Notes under the pieces: model-generated
The model's database searches: none
What the model saw: the letters and a program-made list of their open reading frames with translations, nothing else
Told to the model about the DNA's origin: nothing
Position numbers and translations under genes: made by a program
Assembly: GCA_963834265.1 (NCBI GenBank)
Contig: CAWIAU010000002.1
Location: forward strand, 11,929 to 75,928
Source of the DNA: an uncultured bacterium
GTDB taxonomy: Bacteria; Patescibacteriota; Saccharimonadia; Saccharimonadales; 2-12-FULL-41-12
Reading direction: 5' to 3'
DNA length: 64,000 bases
Shown: positions 1-8,584 of the stretch, in pieces
Position numbering within the stretch: the first letter of the stretch is position 1
Layout: the number at the start of each line of letters is the position of its first letter

Positions 1-363
1 GCGCATTCGTCCACGCTGGGGTCGTTCATAGCGCCATAGATTAGGTATAGAGAACCAGCGCAAAGGATACGCAAGTTCCTGTCGCTTCGCGGCCACCATC
101 CGGCTGACAGTCGGTGTCATTTCCGGCCGGATAGCGACCTCCCGCCCGCCGCGGTCTACGAAGCTATACAACTGTTCATTCACAATCTCGTCTCCGGTCT
201 TGGCCCGATACAGGTCCAATGGCTCAATCAACGGAGCATCATACTCCTCATAGCCGTAACTGTGCGCTACCTGCCGCCATATATCAAATATATAATCCTG
301 TAATCTTTTTTCCTCAGGATAAAAATCCCTTGCCCCTTTATACGGTTGTGTACTTAGTGTCAT
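1..363 (-). CDS. hisS: Histidyl-tRNA synthetase, N-terminal 121 codons (gene runs off the left edge)
   Basis: Not in the ORF track. Reverse complement from ATG at 361-363 reads [18 protein letters not shown]...[16 protein letters not shown]...[20 protein letters not shown], the conserved class II HisRS N-terminal region. Confidence 0.85.
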   Translation of the reverse strand, partial: MTLSTQPYKGARDFYPEEKRLQDYIFDIWRQVAHSYGYEEYDAPLIEPLDLYRAKTGDEIVNEQLYSFVDRGGREVAIRPEMTPTVSRMVAAKRQELAYPLRWFSIPNLWRYERPQRGRMR

Positions 364-625
364 AATTACTATTAATCATACATTAATTCCCTTACATCTG
401 CGCTTTCCATTAGCTTGGTCAGGTTATAAAATATTGTGTAATTTCTAAATTTTGTGTAAGCTTAAAAGGAATAATAAAATAATAAAAAGTTAAGATTATG
501 AATTCAACAGATTTCCTGAGCATTGTTTCTGCAGCTGCCTACTCTATAGCAACGCTGGTAATCTACCAGATAGTAAAGCGCCTGCAAAACCAGGACATAG
601 AATAAAAGTTTTAACTAAGCTTATT

Positions 626-1279
626 CTAGATAATCTCGGCCCGACCGAAAGTCGCTGTTACGGGTCGAAATGAGCTTGTTGCTATAAAGAGATAAGTTTT
701 CAGGTCTGCTGCCCGTTCCTGAGTATTAGTTTCTGCAAAAGTAACCAATTGCGCACGCATATGTAGCATCTCAGTAGCACCATAAACGTTTATAATCTTA
801 TTCCGTTCTGCCTGGGTTCTCTCTTTTTCTTCTCCATCAAGATTTACATACATCCCTACATATCGGGGTGCATTTCCTTCATGGGTTGGCCCTTTTATAC
901 CTATATTCCCCAACATACAAGTTATAGGACTCCTGAAACTGCCGGATGATAGTAATTCTTTAAGCTCCTCTTCTACCTCATAACGGTCCTTATTTCCGGA
1001 AGCCAGACGCGCATCGGTAGGAGTAGTCAGTAACATACCGCAAAATCTCGGTCTTTCAGATTCCCTTAGCACAGTCGTGAACTCTTCCATGTCAGCATTG
1101 AGAGAGATAAGGGATCTTCCTGTTAAGAGTCCTCCGATGCTTCTCACATGTGGTTTTACTGAATTATCTGTTTGAGCCAACACTCTTTCCGGATCTATAA
1201 AACCTCTGGCAGCATGTTTTCGAGCTTTACTGAGACGGCTACGATTCTCATTTTTCCCTCGGTTCGATCCCCTTTTCAT
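626..1279 (-). CDS. Hypothetical protein with a strongly basic N-terminus (KRGSNRGKNENRSRLSKARKHAARG)
   Basis: 217-aa ORF with no competing ORF. No family recognised by eye. An extended -10 box lies directly upstream. Confidence 0.55.
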   Translation of the reverse strand: MKRGSNRGKNENRSRLSKARKHAARGFIDPERVLAQTDNSVKPHVRSIGGLLTGRSLISLNADMEEFTTVLRESERPRFCGMLLTTPTDARLASGNKDRYEVEEELKELLSSGSFRSPITCMLGNIGIKGPTHEGNAPRYVGMYVNLDGEEKERTQAERNKIINVYGATEMLHMRAQLVTFAETNTQERAADLKTYLFIATSSFRPVTATFGRAEII

Positions 1280-1287
1280 ACTATAAT

Positions 1288-1296
1288 ATTATACCA
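1288..1296 (-). promoter_or_regulatory. Extended -10 promoter element (TGgTATAAT) 8 nt upstream of the ATG at 1279
   Basis: Minus-strand sequence is tgaaTGGTATAATattatagtATG. TATAATATTATA is palindromic, so a TATAAT also faces the divergent gene at 1395. No SD is present, implying a leaderless start. Confidence 0.4.
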
Positions 1297-1394
1297 TTCA
1301 AATTCATTTACGACTAATAGCATATCTCCTGTAAAAGTTATTAAAGCTGTACAGGCTTATAAAACTGGTTATATGCCGGATCTTACTGTATCTT

Positions 1395-1760
1395 ATGGAA
1401 ATGGATAAAGTAATAAACAATATACAAAGACGAGCCGCGAGGCAAAAAAAACTTATGGCGCGGATGCGACTTCAAACGCGTCGAAACGATGCGCTGTTTG
1501 ATGGATGGAGTATTGTCCATCTGGGCAGTGGCGTTCTGATGGGATGGCTTATGGCTCCATTCATTGCACTGGTTCTTCTAGTAATGTGGGAACCGTTGGA
1601 GATACTTATTTTGTCTCCGTTTTTAGCAAAACACGGTATCGAATTTGGCTATGAATCCCTCCGTAATGCTTTATCAGACATATTCTTTGACGTAATAGGC
1701 GTAATCATAGGTGCATGGATAATTACGGAATTTATTGCTCCGCCTTTTCATCTGTTTTGA
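1395..1760 (+). CDS. Hypothetical small membrane protein
   Basis: 121-aa ORF with a basic N-terminus followed by 2-3 hydrophobic segments (WSIVHLGSGVLMGWLMAPFIALVLLVMW; FFDVIGVIIGAWIITEFI). Confidence 0.5.
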   Translation: MEMDKVINNIQRRAARQKKLMARMRLQTRRNDALFDGWSIVHLGSGVLMGWLMAPFIALVLLVMWEPLEILILSPFLAKHGIEFGYESLRNALSDIFFDVIGVIIGAWIITEFIAPPFHLF

Positions 1761-1776
1761 GTTGTAGCGATAACAA

Positions 1777-1895
1777 TGGTGCGGATGAAAGGATTTGGTC
1801 ACGTTCCGCAACCCCGGAAGTTCATGATTGCAAGCACAGCTTGCATCAGAACGTTCCCTTGCGAACTGCCACAGGCAGATCTCACCTTCACGCCT
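1777..1895 (-). pseudogene. tRNA-Leu 3'-half pseudo-copy interrupted in the T-loop by an 86-nt insert
   Basis: 1777-1797 matches the tRNA-Leu 3' end (1959-1979) at 20/21. 1884-1895 matches 1981-1992 at 12/12. The blocks are 1 nt apart in the real gene and 86 nt apart here. No 5' acceptor, D or anticodon arm is present. Confidence 0.6.
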
Positions 1896-1958
1896 GGGGT
1901 TCGGTTCAACTCATCAGCAATCAAAAAAGACCGTTAAACCTCGACTGTCATTTTTTGA

Positions 1959-2043
1959 TGGTGCGGATGAAAGGACTTGAACCTTCACGCCTTACGGCAC
2001 TAGCTCCTAAGGCTAGCGTGTCTACCAATTCCACCACATCCGC
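1959..2043 (-). tRNA. tRNA-Leu, anticodon UAG, class II with long variable arm, CCA encoded
   Basis: Hand-folded cloverleaf: GCGGATG TG GTGG AATTGGTAGA CAC G CTAGC CTTAGGA GCTAG TGCCGTAAGGCGT GAAGG TTCAAGT CCTTT CATCCGC A CCA. It aligns arm for arm with E. coli tRNA-Leu. Confidence 0.95.
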
Positions 2044-2092
2044 ACAAGTATGAATCATTATATCAGCCACTTGCTCTGTTACACTAGTTTAT

Positions 2093-3055
2093 ATGCTTAC
2101 TTCCAGTAATCACCCTTTCCTAAATAATTGTCCGGTTATGCAATCTTCTGAATGGAAAGATTTTCAGGAAGCTTTAGGTAAATCTGTCGTGCAGCTGGAG
2201 GGGAATGGTTGGAAATGTGTATTGATCGAGAGACGGACGAAACCAGGGAACTACTGGCTGGCTCCTTATGGGCCTGTTTTAAAGGACTCAAAAGTTTTGC
2301 CGGAAGCATTACTAGCTATTAAACAGGCAGCAAAAGAAAATGGAATATCGTGGGTCGTTGTCGAACCTTTCGGCCGTAATCTCAGCTATCGAGCAGGATC
2401 TTTGGGGCTAAGAAAGGCAAGAAAAAGTTATAATCCGTCATACACCGTGATTAATGACCTGAGCCTCGATCGAGCCACTCGCTTCAGTGCGCTTTCACCA
2501 ACCTATCGTAATCTGATTAATCGCGCGAAAGGACGCGGCTTAAATTTGCGGTCCTCGACAAATCCTGCCGAAATTACGATTTTTACTGACATGATCAATA
2601 CAGTTGCAGATCGTAAAGCAATTTTACTGCACAACGCTGATTATTTCCGGACTCAGGCAGAAATTTTGATGCCGAAAGAAAATGCAGTTTTAGAAATTGC
2701 TTATTTCGAAAACAAGCCGATTGCCAGCTGTTTTATTCTCTGGCATGGGGCTGTTGCCCACTATGCTTATGCCGGGTCATACCCCGAATTTCGTAAGCTT
2801 GAGGCAGGTACGGTATTGCTCTGGCAAGCTATGCAAAATGCTAAAGATCGAGGTGTGCAGTGGTTTGACCTATTTGGAGTAGCACCACCCGATTCTTCTG
2901 TTTTGCATCCGTGGCAAGGCTTCAGCACTTTCAAGCGTAAATTTGGAGGAGAAGACATAGAGCTCGGTGGCACATGGGAACTCCCAATAAATTTGCCTCG
3001 CTATAAAACTTACAAAATGACGCTTCCGTTTATTCGTAAAATGCAACGATTGTAA
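2093..3055 (+). CDS. FemAB-family peptidoglycan interpeptide-bridge aminoacyltransferase (FemX/MurM-like)
   Basis: 320-aa ORF with family-typical features: N-terminal QSSEWKDFQ, HYAYAGS, FRKLEAGTVLLWQAM, GVQWFDLFGV, GFSTFKRKFGG. The true start may be the internal Met at 2138. Confidence 0.8.
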   Translation: MLTSSNHPFLNNCPVMQSSEWKDFQEALGKSVVQLEGNGWKCVLIERRTKPGNYWLAPYGPVLKDSKVLPEALLAIKQAAKENGISWVVVEPFGRNLSYRAGSLGLRKARKSYNPSYTVINDLSLDRATRFSALSPTYRNLINRAKGRGLNLRSSTNPAEITIFTDMINTVADRKAILLHNADYFRTQAEILMPKENAVLEIAYFENKPIASCFILWHGAVAHYAYAGSYPEFRKLEAGTVLLWQAMQNAKDRGVQWFDLFGVAPPDSSVLHPWQGFSTFKRKFGGEDIELGGTWELPINLPRYKTYKMTLPFIRKMQRL

Positions 3056-3072
3056 TTACAAAGTATGCAAGT

Positions 3073-3369
3073 TTATGGGTTAGGCCTCGGATACTCTGCT
3101 CCAATCAAACCTACATTACCGATTGGCGCATGCATGGGGACTTGAATCGCAGGCTGAATTAAAGCATCACTGATACCGTCAGGAGCAATGCGTTCAGCTG
3201 ACCGGGCTTCAGGCATAGTTACGGCCATAGTACTAGCAAATATTAAATCTGCAACTAAAAAAGCCGCACATACAATTTGATTACCGCTTGGAGCTTCAAA
3301 TTGTGATGGCGGTGGTACTCTACTCCTTAAACTTTTTAATAAGGCCATTTGTCTTAATAATATGATCAA
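3073..3369 (-). CDS. Possible small hypothetical protein (weak call)
   Basis: 98-aa ORF downstream of rsmD on the same strand, with one hydrophobic segment. No motif or clear start signal. Confidence 0.25.
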   Translation of the reverse strand: MIILLRQMALLKSLRSRVPPPSQFEAPSGNQIVCAAFLVADLIFASTMAVTMPEARSAERIAPDGISDALIQPAIQVPMHAPIGNVGLIGAEYPRPNP

Positions 3370-3391
3370 AGCACAGATTTTTGCAAGAACT

Positions 3392-3925
3392 TTATTTTTT
3401 ATTCTTATAGAAAATCAGCTGGCTATCGCCGTAGTTTTTGGACCGGACTATGTGGATATTATCGAACGTCAAAGGCTCATGCTTGCCTGGCAGATTTACT
3501 ACTAATACACCCCCTTCTTTCAAGTGGCGGATTAGTTTACGGAGAGTTTTGTAATCGATAGCATCAAATGGCGGGTCGCAAAGAATAAGATCAAATTGCT
3601 GGTCAGGATGGCGATTCGACCAAGCTGAGGCATTGGCACGAACTGCTTCCATAAGGTCTTTGATATCTAATTTATTGATATTTTGAATTATAGAGGTGTG
3701 AGCCGCTTTATCTACCTCCACAGCTGTTGCATGTTTGGCACCCCTGCTAATTGCTTCAATCGCTAGTGCACCACTACCCGCAAAAGGATCAAAAACTGTA
3801 AGTCCTTTGATATCCCCTAGCGCGCCAAATAAGGCTCCGCGGGTTTTCTCGCTCATAGGATGTGTCCGATGACCTTTCGGCGAATCAAATATCCGCCCAC
3901 CCAACCAACCTGCAATAACTCTCAT
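3392..3925 (-). CDS. rsmD: 16S rRNA (guanine966-N2)-methyltransferase RsmD family
   Basis: 177 aa. SAM-binding VFDPFAGSGALAIEA and the catalytic DPPF motif (LILCDPPFD). Size and layout are typical. Confidence 0.85.
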   Translation of the reverse strand: MRVIAGWLGGRIFDSPKGHRTHPMSEKTRGALFGALGDIKGLTVFDPFAGSGALAIEAISRGAKHATAVEVDKAAHTSIIQNINKLDIKDLMEAVRANASAWSNRHPDQQFDLILCDPPFDAIDYKTLRKLIRHLKEGGVLVVNLPGKHEPLTFDNIHIVRSKNYGDSQLIFYKNKK

Positions 3926-3937
3926 GAACCTATTCTA

Positions 3938-5968
3938 TCAGTTCAGATTTGTAACGGCGCGGAGTGATTGTACATTTGTGGCAAGTCCAGGGTATTTGGA
4001 TAGTTTTTCTTTGGACTCGAGGAAAGTTTGTGCAGAACTGCGAGCCACAGTAATCAGGCGGATATCTGACAGTTTGGCAACCCGTAAATCGAGCTGCCCG
4101 GACTGGGCTGCACCGTAAATTGCACCCGGGCCACGGATTTCCAGATCCAGTTCGGCAAGGCGAAAGCCGTCATTTGACTGTTCGATAGCACGCAAACGTT
4201 TAGTTGGAGCTTTGCTATCGCTCATTACAAGATAACAAAAGCCTTGTTGCGTACTGCGTCCAACCCGTCCGCGTAGTTGATGCAGCTGGGCCAGACCGAA
4301 GCGTTCTGCACCCTCAACCAGCATAACTGTCGCGTTGGGTACATGTACGCCGACCTCTATGACTGTCGTAGAAACCAGAATATCCAGCTTGCCTGCCAAA
4401 AATTGTTCCATAATTGCTTCTTTTTCTTCCGTTTTCATCTTGCCGTGCATCAATCCTACCCGGCGATGTTTAAATACTTTCTGGGCCAAGCCCTCATATA
4501 CACGCTCAGCACTGAGAACATTCAGCACTTCTGATTCTGCAATAATCGGACAGACTACGAACATTTGCCTGCCAGCTGCTAATTCTTTATCAATAGCCCG
4601 ATACATTTGTAATCTGGAGTTAGGCGACACAACTTTGGTTATGATCGGCAAACGTCCGCCGGGCATATCTTCCAGCAACGAAATATCCAGTTCGCCGTAA
4701 AGTGTCAGAGCCAGACTGCGCGGGATAGGTGTAGCCGTCATACTGAGCACGTGAGGCATGTGTCCGGCTTTCTTTTGCAGTTTGGCTCGCTGATCGACAC
4801 CGAAGCGATGCTGTTCATCGACAATTATAAGACCGAGTTTATGCATATCAACTTTTTCACTGATCAGGGCATGCGTGCCTATGATGAATTTTGCTTTGCC
4901 TGATGCAATGGCCTGATGCGCCCGCTTCTTCTCTGCCGGTTTCATGCTGCCGAGTAATAATGAAATATTCTGATGTTTACCAATGGCTGCCATCATAGTG
5001 TGCAGACTTTCGCCGTGCTGGCGGGCTAATAACTCAGTGGGAGCCATAAGCGCCACCTGATAGTCCTTCGCCATGACCATGAGCGCTGCCATAGCTGCTA
5101 CAACTGTTTTGCCTGAGCCTACATCGCCCTCAACCAGACGGTTCATCGGAACTGGTTTTTGCAGGTCCTGATATATCTGCCAGATGACTTTGCGCTGAGA
5201 ATTCGTAAGGTCGAATGGCAAGCCGGCCACAAATTGACGGGCCAGCTTTTCGTCAAACTGAATAGCAAGAGCCGATTCCTTTTGATTCGCCTGCCTGTTG
5301 AGCAGACTGGCCAGAGTCAAAGCGAATATTTCCTCGAACCCCAGCCTGCGTTTAGCTTCCGTAAGCACAGCACCGGACACAGGAAAATGCATATTGGCAA
5401 CTGCCCTGGCATGACTCATCAACCTGTTATTCTCTATTATCTCTGCCGGCATCGTTTCCGGCATATTATCTATATTGTGCCGTAAGCCGGCAATCAGTTT
5501 ACGGATTACTCCGGAGTTGAGTCCTTTTGTTTCGCGATAAATCGGAATAATACGAGCTGTGTTAACCGGAAAATCGCTTGCCAGTTCCATAGCCGGATTC
5601 ATAATAGCCAATCGGCCCGCACTAAGTTCGAATGTGCCGGAAATGAAATATTCCTGATTTTTTTTGATAGCATTTTCGCGGTATGGCTGATTGAACCAAA
5701 CTAAACGCACATTACCGGTATCATCACTGGCTACTGCCTCGGTAATGTGCATTCCCCTGCGCACATAACGTCCTTTGACCTGCTTCACCCCGGCTTTGAT
5801 ACTTACTGCCCCGGGTTTTATCTTCACAATCGGAGTCATAACCGAGTAGTCATCATATCTGCGGGGAAAATACTGAATCAGATCCTGTACCGTATGAACA
5901 CCCAGTACCGCCAGCTTTACTGCAATGGTAGGCCCTACTCCTTTTAGTGATTCAACTGGTTTATCCAT
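3938..5968 (-). CDS. recG: ATP-dependent DNA helicase RecG
   Basis: 676 aa. N-terminal wedge region, Walker A GDVGSGKT, DEQH box (VDEQHRFG), helicase C motifs (QLRGRVGR). Confidence 0.95.
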   Translation of the reverse strand: MDKPVESLKGVGPTIAVKLAVLGVHTVQDLIQYFPRRYDDYSVMTPIVKIKPGAVSIKAGVKQVKGRYVRRGMHITEAVASDDTGNVRLVWFNQPYRENAIKKNQEYFISGTFELSAGRLAIMNPAMELASDFPVNTARIIPIYRETKGLNSGVIRKLIAGLRHNIDNMPETMPAEIIENNRLMSHARAVANMHFPVSGAVLTEAKRRLGFEEIFALTLASLLNRQANQKESALAIQFDEKLARQFVAGLPFDLTNSQRKVIWQIYQDLQKPVPMNRLVEGDVGSGKTVVAAMAALMVMAKDYQVALMAPTELLARQHGESLHTMMAAIGKHQNISLLLGSMKPAEKKRAHQAIASGKAKFIIGTHALISEKVDMHKLGLIIVDEQHRFGVDQRAKLQKKAGHMPHVLSMTATPIPRSLALTLYGELDISLLEDMPGGRLPIITKVVSPNSRLQMYRAIDKELAAGRQMFVVCPIIAESEVLNVLSAERVYEGLAQKVFKHRRVGLMHGKMKTEEKEAIMEQFLAGKLDILVSTTVIEVGVHVPNATVMLVEGAERFGLAQLHQLRGRVGRSTQQGFCYLVMSDSKAPTKRLRAIEQSNDGFRLAELDLEIRGPGAIYGAAQSGQLDLRVAKLSDIRLITVARSSAQTFLESKEKLSKYPGLATNVQSLRAVTNLN

Positions 5969-6040
5969 CAGTTACTAAGTATACGCCGATATTATATTCA
6001 TCGACTTTTAGAATGCAGGAACAGCATTTTGATAATTATT

Positions 6041-6529
6041 TCAGGCCGGCCGTACACCATAGACAGAATCTACCTGATCAGTTATTGCAAAGTGCTCCTG
6101 TTCAAGACGAAGTACCGGCATAACAGCTGTTCTGACTCTGGATGCCCTGGCACCCGATGGCAGCCATAGACCGGTTATTTCTGTTCTTTCGTCCAGCCAT
6201 TCGACCATATCCCCCAGAACTTCAATTTCAGCAGCTCTGACACAGAAACCGCCATATTCTAAAGCATCTTCAAGCCGGAAAGATAACGGCAGACCATCAG
6301 ACTCTGTATTTGTGATTGCAAATCCTGCCATTGATCGGGCACAAAGTCTGTAATGTTCCTGTAATTCTCCTGTTACTAAAGCGTGCCCCGATGACAGTCT
6401 GAAATCATTAGCCCGTTCGGCATGGTCGATTGCAACACCGAATAATTCACCGGCAAAACTGTCTGAAACACCGTCGGCAGTCAGTCCACCCACAAACCTG
6501 AACTCCAGGCCATTCTGATGTCTATACAT
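6041..6529 (-). CDS. Hypothetical protein, divergent from the purH-like gene
   Basis: 162-aa ORF with no hydrophobic segments and no recognised motif. It shares a 127-nt divergent intergenic region with 6657..7703. Confidence 0.5.
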   Translation of the reverse strand: MYRHQNGLEFRFVGGLTADGVSDSFAGELFGVAIDHAERANDFRLSSGHALVTGELQEHYRLCARSMAGFAITNTESDGLPLSFRLEDALEYGGFCVRAAEIEVLGDMVEWLDERTEITGLWLPSGARASRVRTAVMPVLRLEQEHFAITDQVDSVYGVRPA

Positions 6530-6656
6530 TAATGTAATACTATGCTCTGGAAACAGTTATCTTGTCAATAAATTCTTAAGCTTATTTTACTTTTTTCCGA
6601 CTTCGTAGTAACTTAAATAAGTAAAGAGCAGGATTACTTGAACTGAGGGAAAACAG

Positions 6657-7703
6657 ATGACCGAGGAGTTTAATCCCCGTACGATGCCTGGTGAGAAAAA
6701 AATATATTGTAAATACGGCGAGAATGCCTGGCAGAAGGCTTATTTTGAGCCGGCAAAAGATGATGGTGGTGATTCTCTGGCATTGCAGAATTTTGTACGC
6801 GCACCGGCAGGTGCCCCTTCATATAACGATATGGTCGAACTTGACCGCAACATACAAACACTAACCCATATTGCCGCCGGCGCAGACGTTAACCTGGGAA
6901 TAGTTCCCTATATGGGCATTGCAACCAAACATGGTAATCCCTGCGGAGCGGCGATCGGCAACACACGCGAAGAAGTTGTAGAAAAATTATTAACCGGTGA
7001 CCAGATTGCAATCTTTGGCGGTACTATTACGGTCAATTTCAAAATTAACCGTGCTCTGGCCGAAAAACTTGTAATGTATCCGGAGAATAAGAAGCGCTTT
7101 CTAGGAAGTGTGGTAGCTCCGGGGTTTGACGACGAAGCATCTGACTATCTGGTCAGCGCAAGTAAAAAAATGGCGCTGTACACAAACCCTGAACTTGCTA
7201 AGTTAGACCGTAACTCTCTGGATAGTCAGCAAAGATGGCGCTATGTCCGAGGCGGACGACTGGTGCAGGACAATTACACTTTTGTGCCAAAGATTTCTGA
7301 AGCCCGGCATTTACCCGACGGACCATTCACCGAGCAACAGTATACTGATATTGTACTAGCCTGGGCAATCGGCAGTACCAGTAATTCTAATACAATAACT
7401 GTGGTTAAGAACGGAGAAATGCTTGGTAATGCGGTAGGTCAGCAGGACCGCGTTGGTAGCGCAGCCCTGGTTGTAATGCGCGCCAGACGGGCTGGCCATG
7501 ATCTGGACGCCGCTGTTGCATATAGCGATAGTTTCTTCCCGTTTAGCGACGGTGTACAGGTCCTGATTGATGCCGGCATTAAAATCGTTTTTGCAACTAC
7601 CGGTTCTATACGTGATAAAGAGGTCCAGCAAGCCTGCACGGACCGGGGTGTCAGCCTGTTGCTACTTCCCGATGCCGAAGCCCGCGGCTTCTTCGGCCAC
7701 TAG
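6657..7703 (+). CDS. Stand-alone AICAR transformylase (PurH C-terminal AICARFT domain) protein lacking the MGS-like IMP cyclohydrolase domain
   Basis: 348 aa. Motifs: YGENAWQ, SYNDMVELD, ATKHGNPCGAA, IFGGTI, VVAPGFDDEA, RYVRGGRLVQD, AYSDSFFPFSDG, C-terminal ARGFFGH. Good SD (GAGGGAAAACAG-ATG). Confidence 0.8.
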   Translation: MTEEFNPRTMPGEKKIYCKYGENAWQKAYFEPAKDDGGDSLALQNFVRAPAGAPSYNDMVELDRNIQTLTHIAAGADVNLGIVPYMGIATKHGNPCGAAIGNTREEVVEKLLTGDQIAIFGGTITVNFKINRALAEKLVMYPENKKRFLGSVVAPGFDDEASDYLVSASKKMALYTNPELAKLDRNSLDSQQRWRYVRGGRLVQDNYTFVPKISEARHLPDGPFTEQQYTDIVLAWAIGSTSNSNTITVVKNGEMLGNAVGQQDRVGSAALVVMRARRAGHDLDAAVAYSDSFFPFSDGVQVLIDAGIKIVFATTGSIRDKEVQQACTDRGVSLLLLPDAEARGFFGH

Positions 7704-7796
7704 TCACAGTCAATTCCGTGAACAGGTGTTATTTTTGTCACAGTCCATTGCCGTACGTTAAACTTTATGACTTTATAATCAGACGTCAGCGGGAAA

Positions 7797-8564
7797 TTAT
7801 TTCTTTTTCAAAAGAAAGAATACGCTCGGACCGAAGTAAGTACGCGCTAATGCCGGCTGCATAATACGTTCCAGATTAAGCATGATTACCCGGGGAACAA
7901 GTTTTTTCAGTTTTTGTGATCGCAGATTGGATACAGATAAAACTTTTTCGATAGTAAATCCTGCTTTTTCGATCTGTCTGATTACTGTTTTAGGATTATG
8001 ATTAACAAAAGCTATCTTATCTGTACCCCGGTTTTCGACTGAACGAATATCTACCGGCTCCACAGGCAGCTTCTTTCCCTTTAACAAATACTTCACACGA
8101 TTGCGGCCATGAGCATAGTTGGCAACTTCCAGGATAAATACTCCTCCTCTGCCTAGAACACGATAAGCCTCAGCAAATTCACGGGTAGGATCGGGCAAGT
8201 GATGCATGACACGGATCATAGTCAGTAAATCCATAGAGCTATCAGGAAACTTCAGATCATCAGCCTGCATTAACTCCATGCTAATATTCGGGTGGTCATT
8301 TAAAAAAAATTTTGCAATTTCAAGCTGGCTTTTGGCTGGCTCTGCCAGGGTCACTTTTTCGGAATATTCTTCAAGAAGAATACATAGTCGCCCGTAGCCA
8401 CCGCCGATATCAGCTGCTGCACGGAAATGCTTTCGTCCTAATAGACGACGGATCGCAAGTTCTTCGGCCGCATGTTCATAGTCTCGTCCCTGCCAGTAAT
8501 CCAGATAATTATAGTCTTCGTCATACTGGTCGGCTTTTTTAGTAATTTTTCCGGACACAGCCAA
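7797..8564 (-). CDS. Class I SAM-dependent methyltransferase
   Basis: 255 aa. Motif I ADIGGGYGRL, then VTLAEP, then MIRVMHHLPDP and GGVFILE, a typical Methyltransf_11/25 layout. Confidence 0.8.
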   Translation of the reverse strand: MAVSGKITKKADQYDEDYNYLDYWQGRDYEHAAEELAIRRLLGRKHFRAAADIGGGYGRLCILLEEYSEKVTLAEPAKSQLEIAKFFLNDHPNISMELMQADDLKFPDSSMDLLTMIRVMHHLPDPTREFAEAYRVLGRGGVFILEVANYAHGRNRVKYLLKGKKLPVEPVDIRSVENRGTDKIAFVNHNPKTVIRQIEKAGFTIEKVLSVSNLRSQKLKKLVPRVIMLNLERIMQPALARTYFGPSVFFLLKKK

Positions 8565-8584
8565 AAGTATACCACGATATCGGG

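Noticed and set aside
498-605. 35-codon ORF (MNSTDFLSIVSAAAYSIATLVIYQIVKRLQNQDIE) between hisS and ORF-217
   Set aside because: It could be a one-TM micro-protein, but it has no SD or -10 geometry and is too short to support from sequence alone.
1777-1958. Interpretation of the tRNA-like fragment as tmRNA, a group I intron-containing tRNA, or a second functional tRNA
   Set aside because: No complementary 5' acceptor strand (GCGGATG) and no D or anticodon arm exist upstream. The acceptor is Leu-type rather than the Ala-type G-U acceptor of tmRNA. The insert is in the T-loop, not the anticodon loop.
1715-2053. 112-aa plus-strand ORF spanning the tRNA-Leu gene and its pseudo-copy
   Set aside because: It is entirely explained by the tRNA and tRNA-fragment sequence on the opposite strand, and it has no start context.
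7703-7749. 13-nt direct repeat GTCACAGTC(A/C)ATT, two copies 34 nt apart, after the purH-like stop
   Set aside because: It is a real repeat by eye, but a single pair in a convergent intergenic region with no associated hairpin. That is insufficient to assign a function.
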